Origin: Trichodelitschia bisporula
Taxonomy: Eukaryota
DNA: 64,000 nucleotides
Assembly (NCBI GenBank): GCA_010356995.1
Contig: ML996689.1
Span: 293,873-357,872 of the forward strand
Reading direction: 5' to 3'
In this document: one piece after another, positions 51,588-62,943 of the stretch
How positions within the stretch are numbered: position 1 is the stretch's first letter
How the letters are laid out: each line of letters starts with the position of its first letter
Made by a program: the position numbers and the translations under genes
Notes under the pieces: model-generated
What the model was told of the DNA's origin: nothing
What the model saw: the letters and a program-made list of their open reading frames with translations, nothing else
Databases searched by the model: none

Positions 51588-54040
51588 ATGGCGCCCCCGC
51601 AGTACCAGAAGCCACCGCAGGCGCCGCCGCTGTTTACGGCTACCACGCAGTCTATTGCGGCGGATTCGAAGCGCTTGGTGGGGTCTTCACCCGCGTTTTG
51701 TGCAGCGCTGACGTGTGCAGATTGCGGAGAACAAGGCTCTGGAGGATGAACTTGTCAAGGACATCAAGCCCGAGGACGCTACCTTTGCGAACGTATGCCT
51801 TCCCCAGGCGCGCCACGAGAACGAGGCTGCCCTTGAGGACCACATCCTGGGCTTCTACCAATCGGTAGCTACTGATGCGGCGCTGCGCGATGCATCCACG
51901 GCAGCGCTCAAGGAGATGGATGAGTCTTCCATCGAGTCGGCCATGCGCGAGGACATCTTCAAGTTGGTGGCTGGTGTAGCGAACAGGAAGGAGGCACTTG
52001 ACCCCGAGAGCCAGCGGTGGCTGGAGAAGGTTCACAAGAGCTACCTGCGCAACGGGCTGGGGTTGCCGGCGGGGGAGAAGCGGGACCGGTTCAAGGCCAT
52101 CAAGAAGAAGCTCAGCGAACTCTCGATTGAGTTTTCCCGCACGCTCAATGAGGAGAATGGTGGGCTGTGGTTCACGGAAGAGGAGCTTGACAGTGTGCCC
52201 AAGGATCTCGTCGCGACGTGGCCTAAGGGCGAGGGCGAGAATGCTGGCAAGGTCTTCATGAGCTTCAAGTACCCTGACCTTTTTCCCACACTCAAGTATG
52301 CGACGAACTCGAAGACGCGCCAGAAGGTGTTCGTGGCCAACGAGAACAAGTGCCCGAGTAATGTGCCGTTGTTCAAGGAAGCTATTACCCTGCGCGACGA
52401 GGCGGCGCGCCTGCTTGGCTACAATAACCATGCCGAATTCCGCCTGGAGGACAAAATGGCCAAGGTTCCTAAGACGGTGAACGACTTCCTAGGAGACCTC
52501 CGCGAGCGACTTGCTCCGGGCGGTATCACGGAGATCAAGGCGCTGCTGGAGCTCAAGAAGGCGGACCTCGAATCGCACGCGAAGAGCAGCGATTACGATG
52601 GCAACTACTACCTCTGGGACCACCGCTACTACGACCGCCTCATGCTGGAGAAGAACTTTGCGCTTGATCAAGAGAAGATTGCCGAGTACTTCCCTCTCGA
52701 CAGCACCATTCGCGGCATGCTCCACATCTTCGAGGAGCTGTTCGGTCTCGTGTTCGTTGAAATCACCGGAGAGGCCCGCGATAAGATCTCCCCGACTGGT
52801 AAGGGCAGGGATATTGTCTGGCACGATGAGGTGCAGGTCTTCAGCGTTTGGGATGATGAGGGCGAGGGCAGCGGCTTCGTTGGCTATCTGTACCTGGATC
52901 TCTTCCCCCGCCCCGGCAAGTATGGCCACGCAGCGAACTTCAACCTGCAGCCCGGCTTCATCTCGGCAAATGGTACGCGGCGCTACCCGGCCACGGCGCT
53001 GGTGTGCAACTTCAGCAAGCCGACGCCGAAGAAGCCGAGCCTCCTCAAGCACGACGAGGTTGTTACACTTTTCCACGAACTCGGCCACGGGATTCACGAT
53101 CTCGTGTCGCGCACCACGTTCTCGCGCTTCCACGGCACCAACACGGTGCGCGACTTCGTCGAGGCCCCGAGCCAAATGTTGGAGAATTGGTGCTGGACGC
53201 CCTCGCAATTGAGGGCGCTGAGCAAGCACTACTCGACCGTGTCACCCGAGTACGCGGCGGCATACGCCGAGGATTCGAAAAATAGCGCGAAGCCGTCTGA
53301 TGTCATCCCCGACGATCTGATTGACAGCATCGTCAAGACGAAGCACGTCAACGACGCGCTCTTCAACCTGCGGCAGCTGCACTTCGGCATCTTCGACATG
53401 ACAATACACTCGCCCGCGAGCCACGCCGAGGTCGAGAACCTGGCCGTCTCGGAGTTGTATAACCGTCTACGCAAGGAGATTTCTAAGATTGACGGCCCCG
53501 AAGCCGTCGATCCCAGCTCCGGTTTCGCGTGGGGCAATGGCCAGTCGACCTTTGGTCATCTGATGGGCGGCTATGATGTTGGGTACTACGGCTACTTAAG
53601 GTGAGTTCGTCCCCTGTACACCGCCCTCGAGACCGCTTCCCGTCATTCGCCACTCCGCGCCTCGCCGCGGAGGACCGTCCGTCGGCACGGCCGGGCGGAG
53701 GACTGTCCGGCTGTGGTGGCGAAAACGCGGGTTCCGGATCGGCGGTTCTTTAGCGAGCTGTCTTTCCTATCTCCGAAGGGAATATGCGCTCATTATTCAC
53801 ATGTCATTGCACATGCTAACGTGTAATGTCCGAACACACAGCTCGCAGGTCTATTCGACGGACATGTTCTACAGCGTCTTCAAAGCCGACCCCATGAACG
53901 GCAAGGAGGGGCGCCGTTACCGGCATACGGTGTTGGAGCGCGGGGGGAGCCAGGATGAGATGCAGACGCTCAAGGACTTTTTGGGGCGGGCTCCGAGCAC
54001 GGAAGCGTTTTACGAGGAGCTCGGGATTACGAAGGCCTAG
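51588..54040 (+). CDS. prd1: M3A metallo-oligopeptidase (thimet oligopeptidase/saccharolysin-like); introns 51678-51720 and 53601-53841
   Basis: YLDLFPRPGKYGHAA, HDEVVTLFHELGHGIH (HEXXH), DFVEAPSQMLENW, FGHLMGGYDVGYYGYL, FLGRAPS. Confidence 0.95.
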
Positions 54041-56087
54041 TCAAAGAACTCATGTCACTGGTTCGGTAGCTAGAATTGACTCCTTTTCGGTGTCACGATG
54101 TGATCAGCATGTCCGTCTTTACTCAAAGCGCAAGGTACAATTGCTGCTGCCTGCTATGCACCGCATCTCGTGCCGTTTAGCAGATTATCTCCGGCCATGG
54201 CCGTCTCCCTAATGCCTGTACGGTCCTGATTCCCAATCCTCGAGGATCGCGTTGCCCCCAACATCGGAATCATCATCGATCGGCATCCCAGTCAAGCCTC
54301 GCCACACCAACAACTCCAATCCCCATCTCACTCACCCCAAGTTACCGGTCCTAGTCCCCCTCACCATCGGCGTCCCCGACACCCCCCCCCCACCCCGCGG
54401 CACTCCAGCGGAGCAACTGCCGCCGCCGCAAAAAAAAACATAGCCCGTTGTTGGGACTCCGGCGCCGTCAACGTGGGCCGGCCGGTCGGGGGTCCAGATC
54501 GGCTTGGCAAGTGCCGATCGGCACGCGGCTGGTCTGTGCGGAGAACGGGGGGTCCCACACGCAGGGCGTTTTGCGGAGGGAGGGGCGCGGGACAGGGCTG
54601 GGCGGGGGAGGGGGATACTGTACGGATTACGGAGTACCGATTGCGAAAGGGGGATACGATACCGTAGCGGTGTCGCCAGGCGTGATGGTGATGTCAGGCC
54701 TGCGGCAGTGCGGCATGCCATGGCCCGATGAGCGTTTGCCGCATCGGCTCGGAAAACATGCGCGTACGTAGTACGACCGCGACAGGACGAGACCAACGGT
54801 TGGGAAGTGCTAGCGTAGGGCTTGCGGCGTCACCGCCACACAATCGCCGCGCGCCCATGCGGCGCCCCCCGGGCTCGGCCAGCCCCTGGCGGGAGCGCGG
54901 CAGGGGATGTAGATGGGCAATTTGTACTTCCCGATGGGCAATGTGGCGAAATGCCATGGTGGACGGGACGGCATTTGGGGCCGGCTTTGGTCGGATTTGA
55001 GTGTGGCCCGCGCGGACTGGCCCTTCAGGGGTTTATGGCGGGCGCGGCGGCTGACCTTTTGTTGAGCCGTGCGCGTGGCGGTGCTTGAACCCTTGGTGGG
55101 TGTGGCGAGGTGGGGTGGGTGGGGTGAGCGGGACGGCTTTTTGAGCTTGTTTGCACGGAGGGGTTTGGGCGGATGGGGTGGTGTATCGCGTTTTCTGTTG
55201 AACTGGGTGCGGAAGTGACAAATTTGATGCTATCAGATGCTGGATTCCTGTGCAATGCAATTGCCGTTGTGGAATGCCTCAGGAGCATCACTACCGCAAA
55301 GCGCATTTTCGCCCCTCGACACGCCCATCCAAATCCCCGTCGAAACCGGTCCTTCCTCCGGCCCCCCCAATACGGAATAAACTCCACACGCCCAGCGTGC
55401 ACCACGCGTGGCGAACCCGTAGGAAGCCACGCGCAGTGCATAATCCCTCCCTCTGCATGGAAGCCCCCATCCAAACTTCCGCCCTAACAAACCGCATCCC
55501 TGCGCTACGTCGGAATCGACTCCAACCGCACGCCAACAAACTGTGCGCTCAACCACCGGGCGCACCCCCGGGCGCGATATGGCATTTGCGTCCAACTTCG
55601 CCATGGCCCCGCAGGCAGGCAACCCTAAACCGTCCGGCGTGTTTCGTTGTCGTAGTTTAGTTGACGCGGCCCCCACTCCCATCGGCCAGGCTAGATTCCG
55701 CAGGCGAGGTGGCGACTTTTCGTAGGGCCAACCTCCGCCGCACGGACCGGGGGTGCAATTCGCCGGGTCGGAGGGTAATCGACAAAGGATTGAGTCTCAA
55801 CAATGCTGTACCCAATCAATTCCACACTGTCTGCGAACGTGCAGTGCTGTTCGTGAAGACGCCGCGGCTGACGATCGAGAGATATCATGTGTTCGCATAG
55901 TAAACCGACAATCCTGCCCCTGCGAGGCTGCCCATGTTCAGTGCCCCGTGCGGCTAATCCGGGATTTAGGGTTGACGTTGACGTTCACCGATCGGCCGGC
56001 CCGCAGTGTCTTACCATTTCTCCACCGAATCCGTCCCCTACCTACGTGAGCGGCGTTTCTCTTTTCGGCCTCCTTGCTGGGATGTAA

Positions 56088-57733
56088 ACTTTTAGTCTGT
56101 ACGCGCTGTCACCTGGCTGATAAAAGACCTCTCAATCGACGTTGTCTTCCAAAAACCCATTCTGTACGAAAACAGCTTAGGCGCCCGTCCCCATTTTGAT
56201 ATCCCCCTCCTCTCCCCGCGAAACACCTTCCCCGCCACCCCGAAGCGAAAAATAACAGCACTTCAGCGCCCAAAGCTCACTTACCAGAACTACTTTACCT
56301 TGAATTCGGCCGATAGACGTTACGTGGTTATCGTCTTCTCACCAAACCTTCACCTCTTCCCTAATTAGGTAACCTTCCACGCGCGCCCCACACCGCCACC
56401 CGCCGCACCCCCTCACGCTTCGAAACGACACCCAAAACGCGACTCACGTGGGGCAACCCACCCGCCCTGCCGGGCTCCCGCGCGAGCTACCTGGCAAGCA
56501 AGCCAGCATCAAAGCGCGCCAGCGGCGAAAAGCCCCCCCCAACTCCTCGCTACGAGCCGCGTGCACCGACTCCATCCTTAGCGACAAGCTATCCCGGCCC
56601 AGCCAGACAGCCAACCGACGTCCTCGGAAATCCAACTTAGTCTCGGGAGTAGCGTCCGGGCCCGCGAGAATATTCTGTTAGTCGCGCTGGCAGCGGAGAA
56701 AACGACATAAAGTTGAAAAATAAATTCCTTTTCACAAGCGCAAGCCACTTACCCGCACCACCTTCCCCCCACCGCCGCACTCTGGGCGACGATCTCCCGG
56801 AACCACGGCCAGTCTCCAGCACGCACTGTCTCAACCAGCCACCCAGGTCGCAGAGGTAAAGATTGCAAAGACATCTGTACCCCGGTCCAGCACTCTCCAG
56901 CCACCACGCGTCCCTACCAAGCACCCTGACTCCCTCTGTCCCCCCGTCTTCGCTCCACTCAACCCCTCGGCCCCACCCGTCACATCTCCCACCAGGTCCA
57001 GCCCCCACGGACACCAACCCAGTGTCGCGTTAATTCCTTAGGAAGCGCCTGGGACCGTGCAGGTGGCGTTGAGGCGTGGGAGCGCCTCAGGCGGCAGAAT
57101 AAAACCGCGGGTAGGGATAAGATATTTGTGCTGGCGAGGGTCGGTGACAAGAGGTGCCTGAAAAAGGCAAAATTTCTTGCGTTCCAGAGCTTGATTGAAC
57201 TGTCCTGACTTTTGCTGTTAATTGGATATTTGAGCCTGTCCTGATTGTTTTTCCTTTCTTTCTCATTTTTTCTTTCCAACGGGAGGCTTTGGCTAAAAGT
57301 TCGCCTTCGTTGTGTTGTTCCCGCAGCCCTGACCGCAAAAGCCGACGACGGTCGGAGATCGCTTGACCGACTAGGGTACATAGCACGCCGCCTACCGAGA
57401 GGGCACAGGATTACGATCGGAAGCCATAAAAAAACCGTAAAAGAGACGAAAGGCGATCGGATCTGTTCGTTAGATCATCGGCTAGAAAAAGGGTTCGAAG
57501 GGGAGGACGATAACGAGAGCAGCTGGCCTGGAAAGCCAGTTGCCCCTCCTGGTTACTCACCACCAGCAGAAACCCCCTCTATCAACCCCCCTCCCCCCTC
57601 CAACTTTTTAGTTTCCACCTGCTCCACGGTCCAACTGGCGACTTCATTTCCTCACCACCAACCCCTGCGGCGGTCGAGCGCCCCACGTAGGACTCGCAAA
57701 ACGAGAGATCCATACTTCACCAGCACCACTGCC
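56088..57733 (+). promoter_or_regulatory. Putative very long ATG-free 5' leader of the Zn2Cys6 gene
   Basis: No ATG found on the + strand over 1646 nt by manual reading; several local hairpins. Confidence 0.55.
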
Positions 57734-60028
57734 ATGTCGGCTTTTCGTCCTATCCGGCCCTCAGCGTCTCAGGACCCACACGAGTCTGACGCCGCACCGA
57801 CCGGTCCCGAGGGCACCACGGGCGCCACGACGCCGGGTCAGCAATCGTCGCTTGCCGACACAGCCGTGGCCATCGGCAAACAGCGAAAACGCAAGGCGCC
57901 GACACACGTTTCGCAGAATGCTTGCACCAACTGCAAAAAGGCGCGAGCAAAGGTTTGTCCTGCGAATCCTTGCTCTCCCCTTCGTGCTCTGTTCTCGCGG
58001 GCCTCAGAGCTGACGCTCTCAGTGCGACGGCGAAGACCCCGCACCGTGCACGCGCTGCATCAGCCGTGCCGTGGCAGATCAGTGCCACTATGAAGTGCAC
58101 GTCAAGACGGCCAAGGAAGAGCTAGTGCGCAAGATCCGCGACTTAGAGCACACCAACGCTCAGCTCAAGGCTTCTGCTCGCGCCAAAGATCGTTGGATCG
58201 AGTCCATCATGCAGCTGGTGGGCGAACGCAGTGCCAGCAGTATCCCGACTGGTGAACTCCTCGAAGTGCTGCGCAGCCCGCCACTGGGTTCGTCGGAACC
58301 TTCACGGCCGCCCAGACCAGACGTCAACATGGTCGACAGCGCATCCGGGCTGATGTACGACCTTGCCATGGTGGATTCGCGGTCCGATGATGGCAGCGTT
58401 GCCTTTTGGACCAGCGTAACGGCAGACGAAGGATTGGTTCACCACCTGATGGCACTATACTTCGCATGGATACACCCTGTACACATGCTTTTCAGTGAGG
58501 TCCATTTCGTGCGTAGCTTTCGCAACAAGGACTACACCTACTGCACACCAGGGATGGTGAATGCCATGTGTGCCTTGGGGTGCTGTTTGATGACCGATCC
58601 GACGGAAGGTGGCGGGAGTGGAACCAATATCCAGGCGCAGAAACTCGGTGAGCGTTTCTACCAGCAGGTCAAGCTTGATGAACGGGCCGATGAGCACTCA
58701 ACGCCCGTCTTCGCCATCACGTACGCCATACTTTTTCTCGTTGAACTGAGTATGTGTCAGGCTCGCAAGGCGACATCACATTTGCGTCTAGCGGTCGAGT
58801 CGTTGCGCAGCGTTGACAAGGCGGAGTGGACCGAGGAAGCTTTTGAAATCGTATTGTGGGGAATCCATACTCTGAACACGTTAGTTTGGTTTTCGTCCCG
58901 CTTTCATTGTTGGCCAACTACTGACGAATCCAGCGGTTGGGCTGCTTTCACCTACCAGAAACCATCTGCACCTGTCTCTCCACGCGCTCCCGTCTTTACT
59001 CACGTTCGTCTCGATGGGCCAGATCCGGCCAACTGGCTACCGTACCGCTTTCAAGGCGATGCGGGCGACAAACCACTGGCCAGCCACGCGATCGCGACGG
59101 CACGTGAGTTCGCATTGCTGATGCAAATCGTCCACGAGACCATAAATGTCTACTGCGGTAGCCGGGGAAAGGTTACGGCGCATGCCGTCGTGTCGCTACA
59201 CCGTCGCTATGTCTCGTGGAAGGACAGTTTGCCAGCGCATCTCTCGGACCACGCTGTGGAGTCGCCGGAGTACGAATCGAAGGCCCTACCGCATGTTTTG
59301 GCGCTACAGTAAGATCCTATTTCGCCAATCAGCGAAAATCTAACGTTGGCAGCATTCACTATTGCGTCGCTTTATGTCAGCTCTTCACGCCACTCCTCTC
59401 GATCTCCAACCTTCCGCCAGCCACAGCCGCCCACATAAAATCTGAAGCCCTTGCTTACGCACAGCACGGGCTGCTCCTTGCACGCCGATATTACGATATC
59501 TTCCGGACACGATACCAACCGCCCTTCCTCGCCTTCTGCCTCGTGCACCTCTCGGACGTTATGCTGCGGCACGGCCAGCCGTTGACGGCAAATGATGTCA
59601 TCACCTTCACGTTGACTGCGTTGGCGGACTCATTGCAAGGTTTCCCTGTTGTTGGTCCGCTAGCAGCCATGTTTCGCGACTCGGTGCTCGAGACTGGCTA
59701 TATGCTGCCCAAGGATGTGATCTCTATTCTGGGGATAGCATGGAGCAACTGGGGCCGGGAAGATAGGCTGGAATGTTGCGGACGGTTAACTTACGCGCAA
59801 CCGGTGGATCTCCTGGCAGAAAGGGTGGACGAGAGTCTGGTAAGGCAGTGGGAGGAAGTATGGCGCACCGGAGGGATCGATGGCAGCAGCGGAGTTGGAC
59901 GCAAAGACGGGAGGAGAGTAGGGCTGGATGGGCGGAGAACGTCGGAAGAAGAGCGAAGGGATGAACGGAACGGGGATGAAAGCGGGGCGGCGAGGTATAT
60001 GGATATCAATACCATCATGAATCCGTGA
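57734..60028 (+). CDS. Zn(II)2Cys6 transcription factor with fungal-specific TF domain (NirA-like annotation class); introns about 57953-58022, 58880-58933 and 59309-59352
   Basis: NACTNCKKARAK|CDGEDPAPCTRC..QCHY binuclear cluster; WTSVT.D..LVHHLMALYFAWIHP; YCTPGMVNAMCALGC; ends MDINTIMNP. Confidence 0.92.
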
Positions 60029-61149
60029 TGGAGAGTATCGGCCGGTAGGCTGCTGCTTCCTCCATCGGGTCTCAAGTTTGCGCAGAGCACGCCGGGCTAA
60101 GATTTACGGCGGAGAGGGGTCAAGCCCGTCATTCGGTGCTGTATTGCCGTAGGGGATTAGGCGGGTTGCAGTTGGTTACTCAGAAGGCGCGACGCTGTAA
60201 TGACGACACTTTGAAACGAGGGCATTAGCTTGGGGGAAACGGCGTTTGGAGCATCTCTTCTCAGGCTAGGATGCAAGTGAAGAGGTGGATGACTTCTCTT
60301 CGAAAAGCACATGTATTTCAGGCGCCATGAACAGCGATGGATTTTGGAGACGAGAAGTGGGAGGCGATAGATACACCCTATTCCTCTTCAACTTCACCGT
60401 CATCAATGGCGTTGGAAGCATTTTCCTAGGAGGCTTGAAATTGACCAACAAAAAGCGTTCGTCTCGAGAGGTACTTTGGGTGCATTTTTGACGATGTGAG
60501 AATGACGGAGTGACGTTGATGAGGGTTTTAAGACGGCTGTCGACGGTGTGGCTGATTGGCGGACGTTGCTCCGGAGATGGTCCGAAGTGGGGGGATATTT
60601 GGGGGAGGTGCGGTCGAACAGGGTTCTAGGATGATGGGGGTGTAAACATCACTTTGGAAAGCTGCAAGACGACTTACTATCCGCGAAAAGTGGCATTGGA
60701 ATCGTTGGATCCTCACGTCATCAGACCCAGAGGCATTCGAACGTCAATACGAGCACGAATCGATTGCGGCGGTCCAAATGCAGTAAAAAAAGAAAGTAGA
60801 AGCGTTAAGCCGGAGGAAAAAGTACTTTAAGATTGCGGGGGTGGGGGGCTTGCCAGAGATGAAGCCCTCCATCGAAGGTAGTGTCGTCTTATCCTTTATG
60901 CCCGTGACATGTGGCAGCCTATGGCCTGATGTGCGTCGCATTCGCCTTATAAGCATGCCCCGTGCATGCCGCTCGCCCTTTTGCCTCACCGTCTCAACCT
61001 ATAGTTCGCCCCCTCTGGGCTTGTTATTTGCAGGTACGGCATCGTCAAGCTTTAAGTATGGGGCTCTTTGACCGCAACTGCGAACTATCTTACTTAAAAG
61101 GTGCAATGTCATACGTCATGCCGAACGGTACACTCCGCACTTACTAGTC

Positions 61150-62943
61150 CTACCGACCCAACAGGACAATCATCCCATAGTCACCAACCGCGACGCACCA
61201 CTCCCCGCCCGTGCTGAACGCCACCTGTCTCACGGTAAAATCGACTTTTTTCACAACGAGGCTCTTCATCGCCTGGATCGGTTGCAGTGCGTCGGCAGCG
61301 TCCCACTTCGGGTAGCCTAAGCTGGTGGGAGTGATGAGGTTACTGCTCGCAGTACTCATGATGCTGCCTTCGCGTTGCACCGACCGAGACTTGCTCTTGG
61401 GCCGCGAGCCACCGCGCCGAGAAGCCGGAACGCGGAACTCCGCTTCGCGGTCCGGCTCCGATTCGAGCCGCTCGAGATCCCAGAATAAAATCTTCGAGCC
61501 ACTCGTGCCCATTGCAAGAACAGGATGAAGGCTTGGCACGCCGGTGAAGAGCCCGAAGCGCATATAGAAGAGGGGTGCGTTGGGTGTCTCGAAGGTTAGC
61601 AACCGTGTGAAGCCCTTGCCAAAAGCTGACCGCGTCAGACCCGTGGAGTCGGGTCCCGTCGGCGCAACGTCGGGTGATGGAGGATCACTGTCGCTGTCAA
61701 AGCCGTCGATTTTCCAGAGCAGGATACGATTTTCTTTGGAGGCACGAGAGACGATCAAGTCGCCATAGAATTTAACACTGGAAGGTGAGTAGACGAAACA
61801 CAGATACAGGCAGATATTTACCAGTCAACATAGTCGGAGTGTATCTCTGCGGACGAAAAATGCGGGAAATGAACTCGCTTCATGAGTTCTCGATTACCCC
61901 GCTCTTCTGATGGCGGCTTGGGCAGTTTGTGGATATCCTCTGGCAGTACCCACTGGTGCATTTCGTTCAGCTTGACCCGAGGACGACCCAGCAATGTACT
62001 CACCATGTTGATGATGGTATCCATTCCACTGGATAGCAGGTATTGCCCAGTGCGATGGAAACCCTGCAGTTGTGAGGATTAGTCGAATTATGCGAGCATG
62101 ATGCCTACAACGGATGCAACGGAAGATTTGTGGCCTTGACCATCTAGCAGTGTACTGCAAGGGAACATGGCACAATCGGGGTGCAGATTCCATGTCCTTA
62201 TGGAATGGTCCATAGAACACGAGGCCAGGAGGTGTGGGTTCGTTGGACAGACAGCAAGATCGTTAACGAGCTTGCCGGTCAGTAAGCCTACCGCTCAGTC
62301 CCGAAGGTAGAGCACTTACTCCTCCATGGCCCACCAGGCTCTGGTCTAATTAGCAATGGACCGCACATTGGGTAACGGCGAGACTGACCCGCACCAGCTT
62401 TCCTGTGACGACATTGAACACTCTGATACTGGGATGCGTACCAGCATAACAAATCAGCGGGTCCCTGGTTACGGGATCCTCGGCCCAGGCGATACTATTG
62501 AATATAACCGTAGGCTCGAAATGTTAGACGTCGCAAATGACGCTGGCGCGACTTACATCTTCATCCGTGATCCAACGGATGATTTGGACATGGTACTGGT
62601 AGTCGTCTTTCACTCCACGACATATGATGACCTGCACTACGCCTCAGTATCGGAACACTGCATACTTCCATGGCTATCTCACATGATTGCCACCTGTGAC
62701 GGCAAATATGGGATCAACTCCACGCGGCACTGAGGGGCAGAATTTGACGTCATAGATAGCGACTATAAAGGTCAGAGGAAGGCCAGTCGAGCAAGCATCG
62801 GCTAAAGTAAAACCTACGGTCTTTGTCTTTGCCCTAAGATGCCGTCAATATACGAGCACGAGATACGTAAAACAAATATCAGCTGAACCTACACACAACC
62901 GAAGCGACGCCCGAAAGCCAGGCAGCTCTCCCGTACCCTGCAT
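61150..62943 (-). CDS. eed: Polycomb PRC2 WD40 subunit EED/ESC, about 10 exons
   Basis: Spliced peptide IYDVKFCP..PIFAVTGG, LVGHG..VNDLAVCPTNPHLLASCSMDHSIRTW, HFPHFSSAEIHSDYVDCVKFYGDLIVSRA, FYMRFGL, VRQVAFSTGGEWCVAVGD. Confidence 0.88.

Noticed and set aside
54332..55900. Many overlapping 60-150 aa ORFs on both strands
   Set aside because: GC-rich low-complexity translations without codon bias or motifs; likely promoter or other non-coding DNA
55615..55975. AACCCTAA / TTAGGGTT octamers as a possible telomerase RNA template in the large intergenic region
   Set aside because: 8-nt matches arise by chance; no recognisable pseudoknot or CR4/5-like element; an Infernal search would be needed
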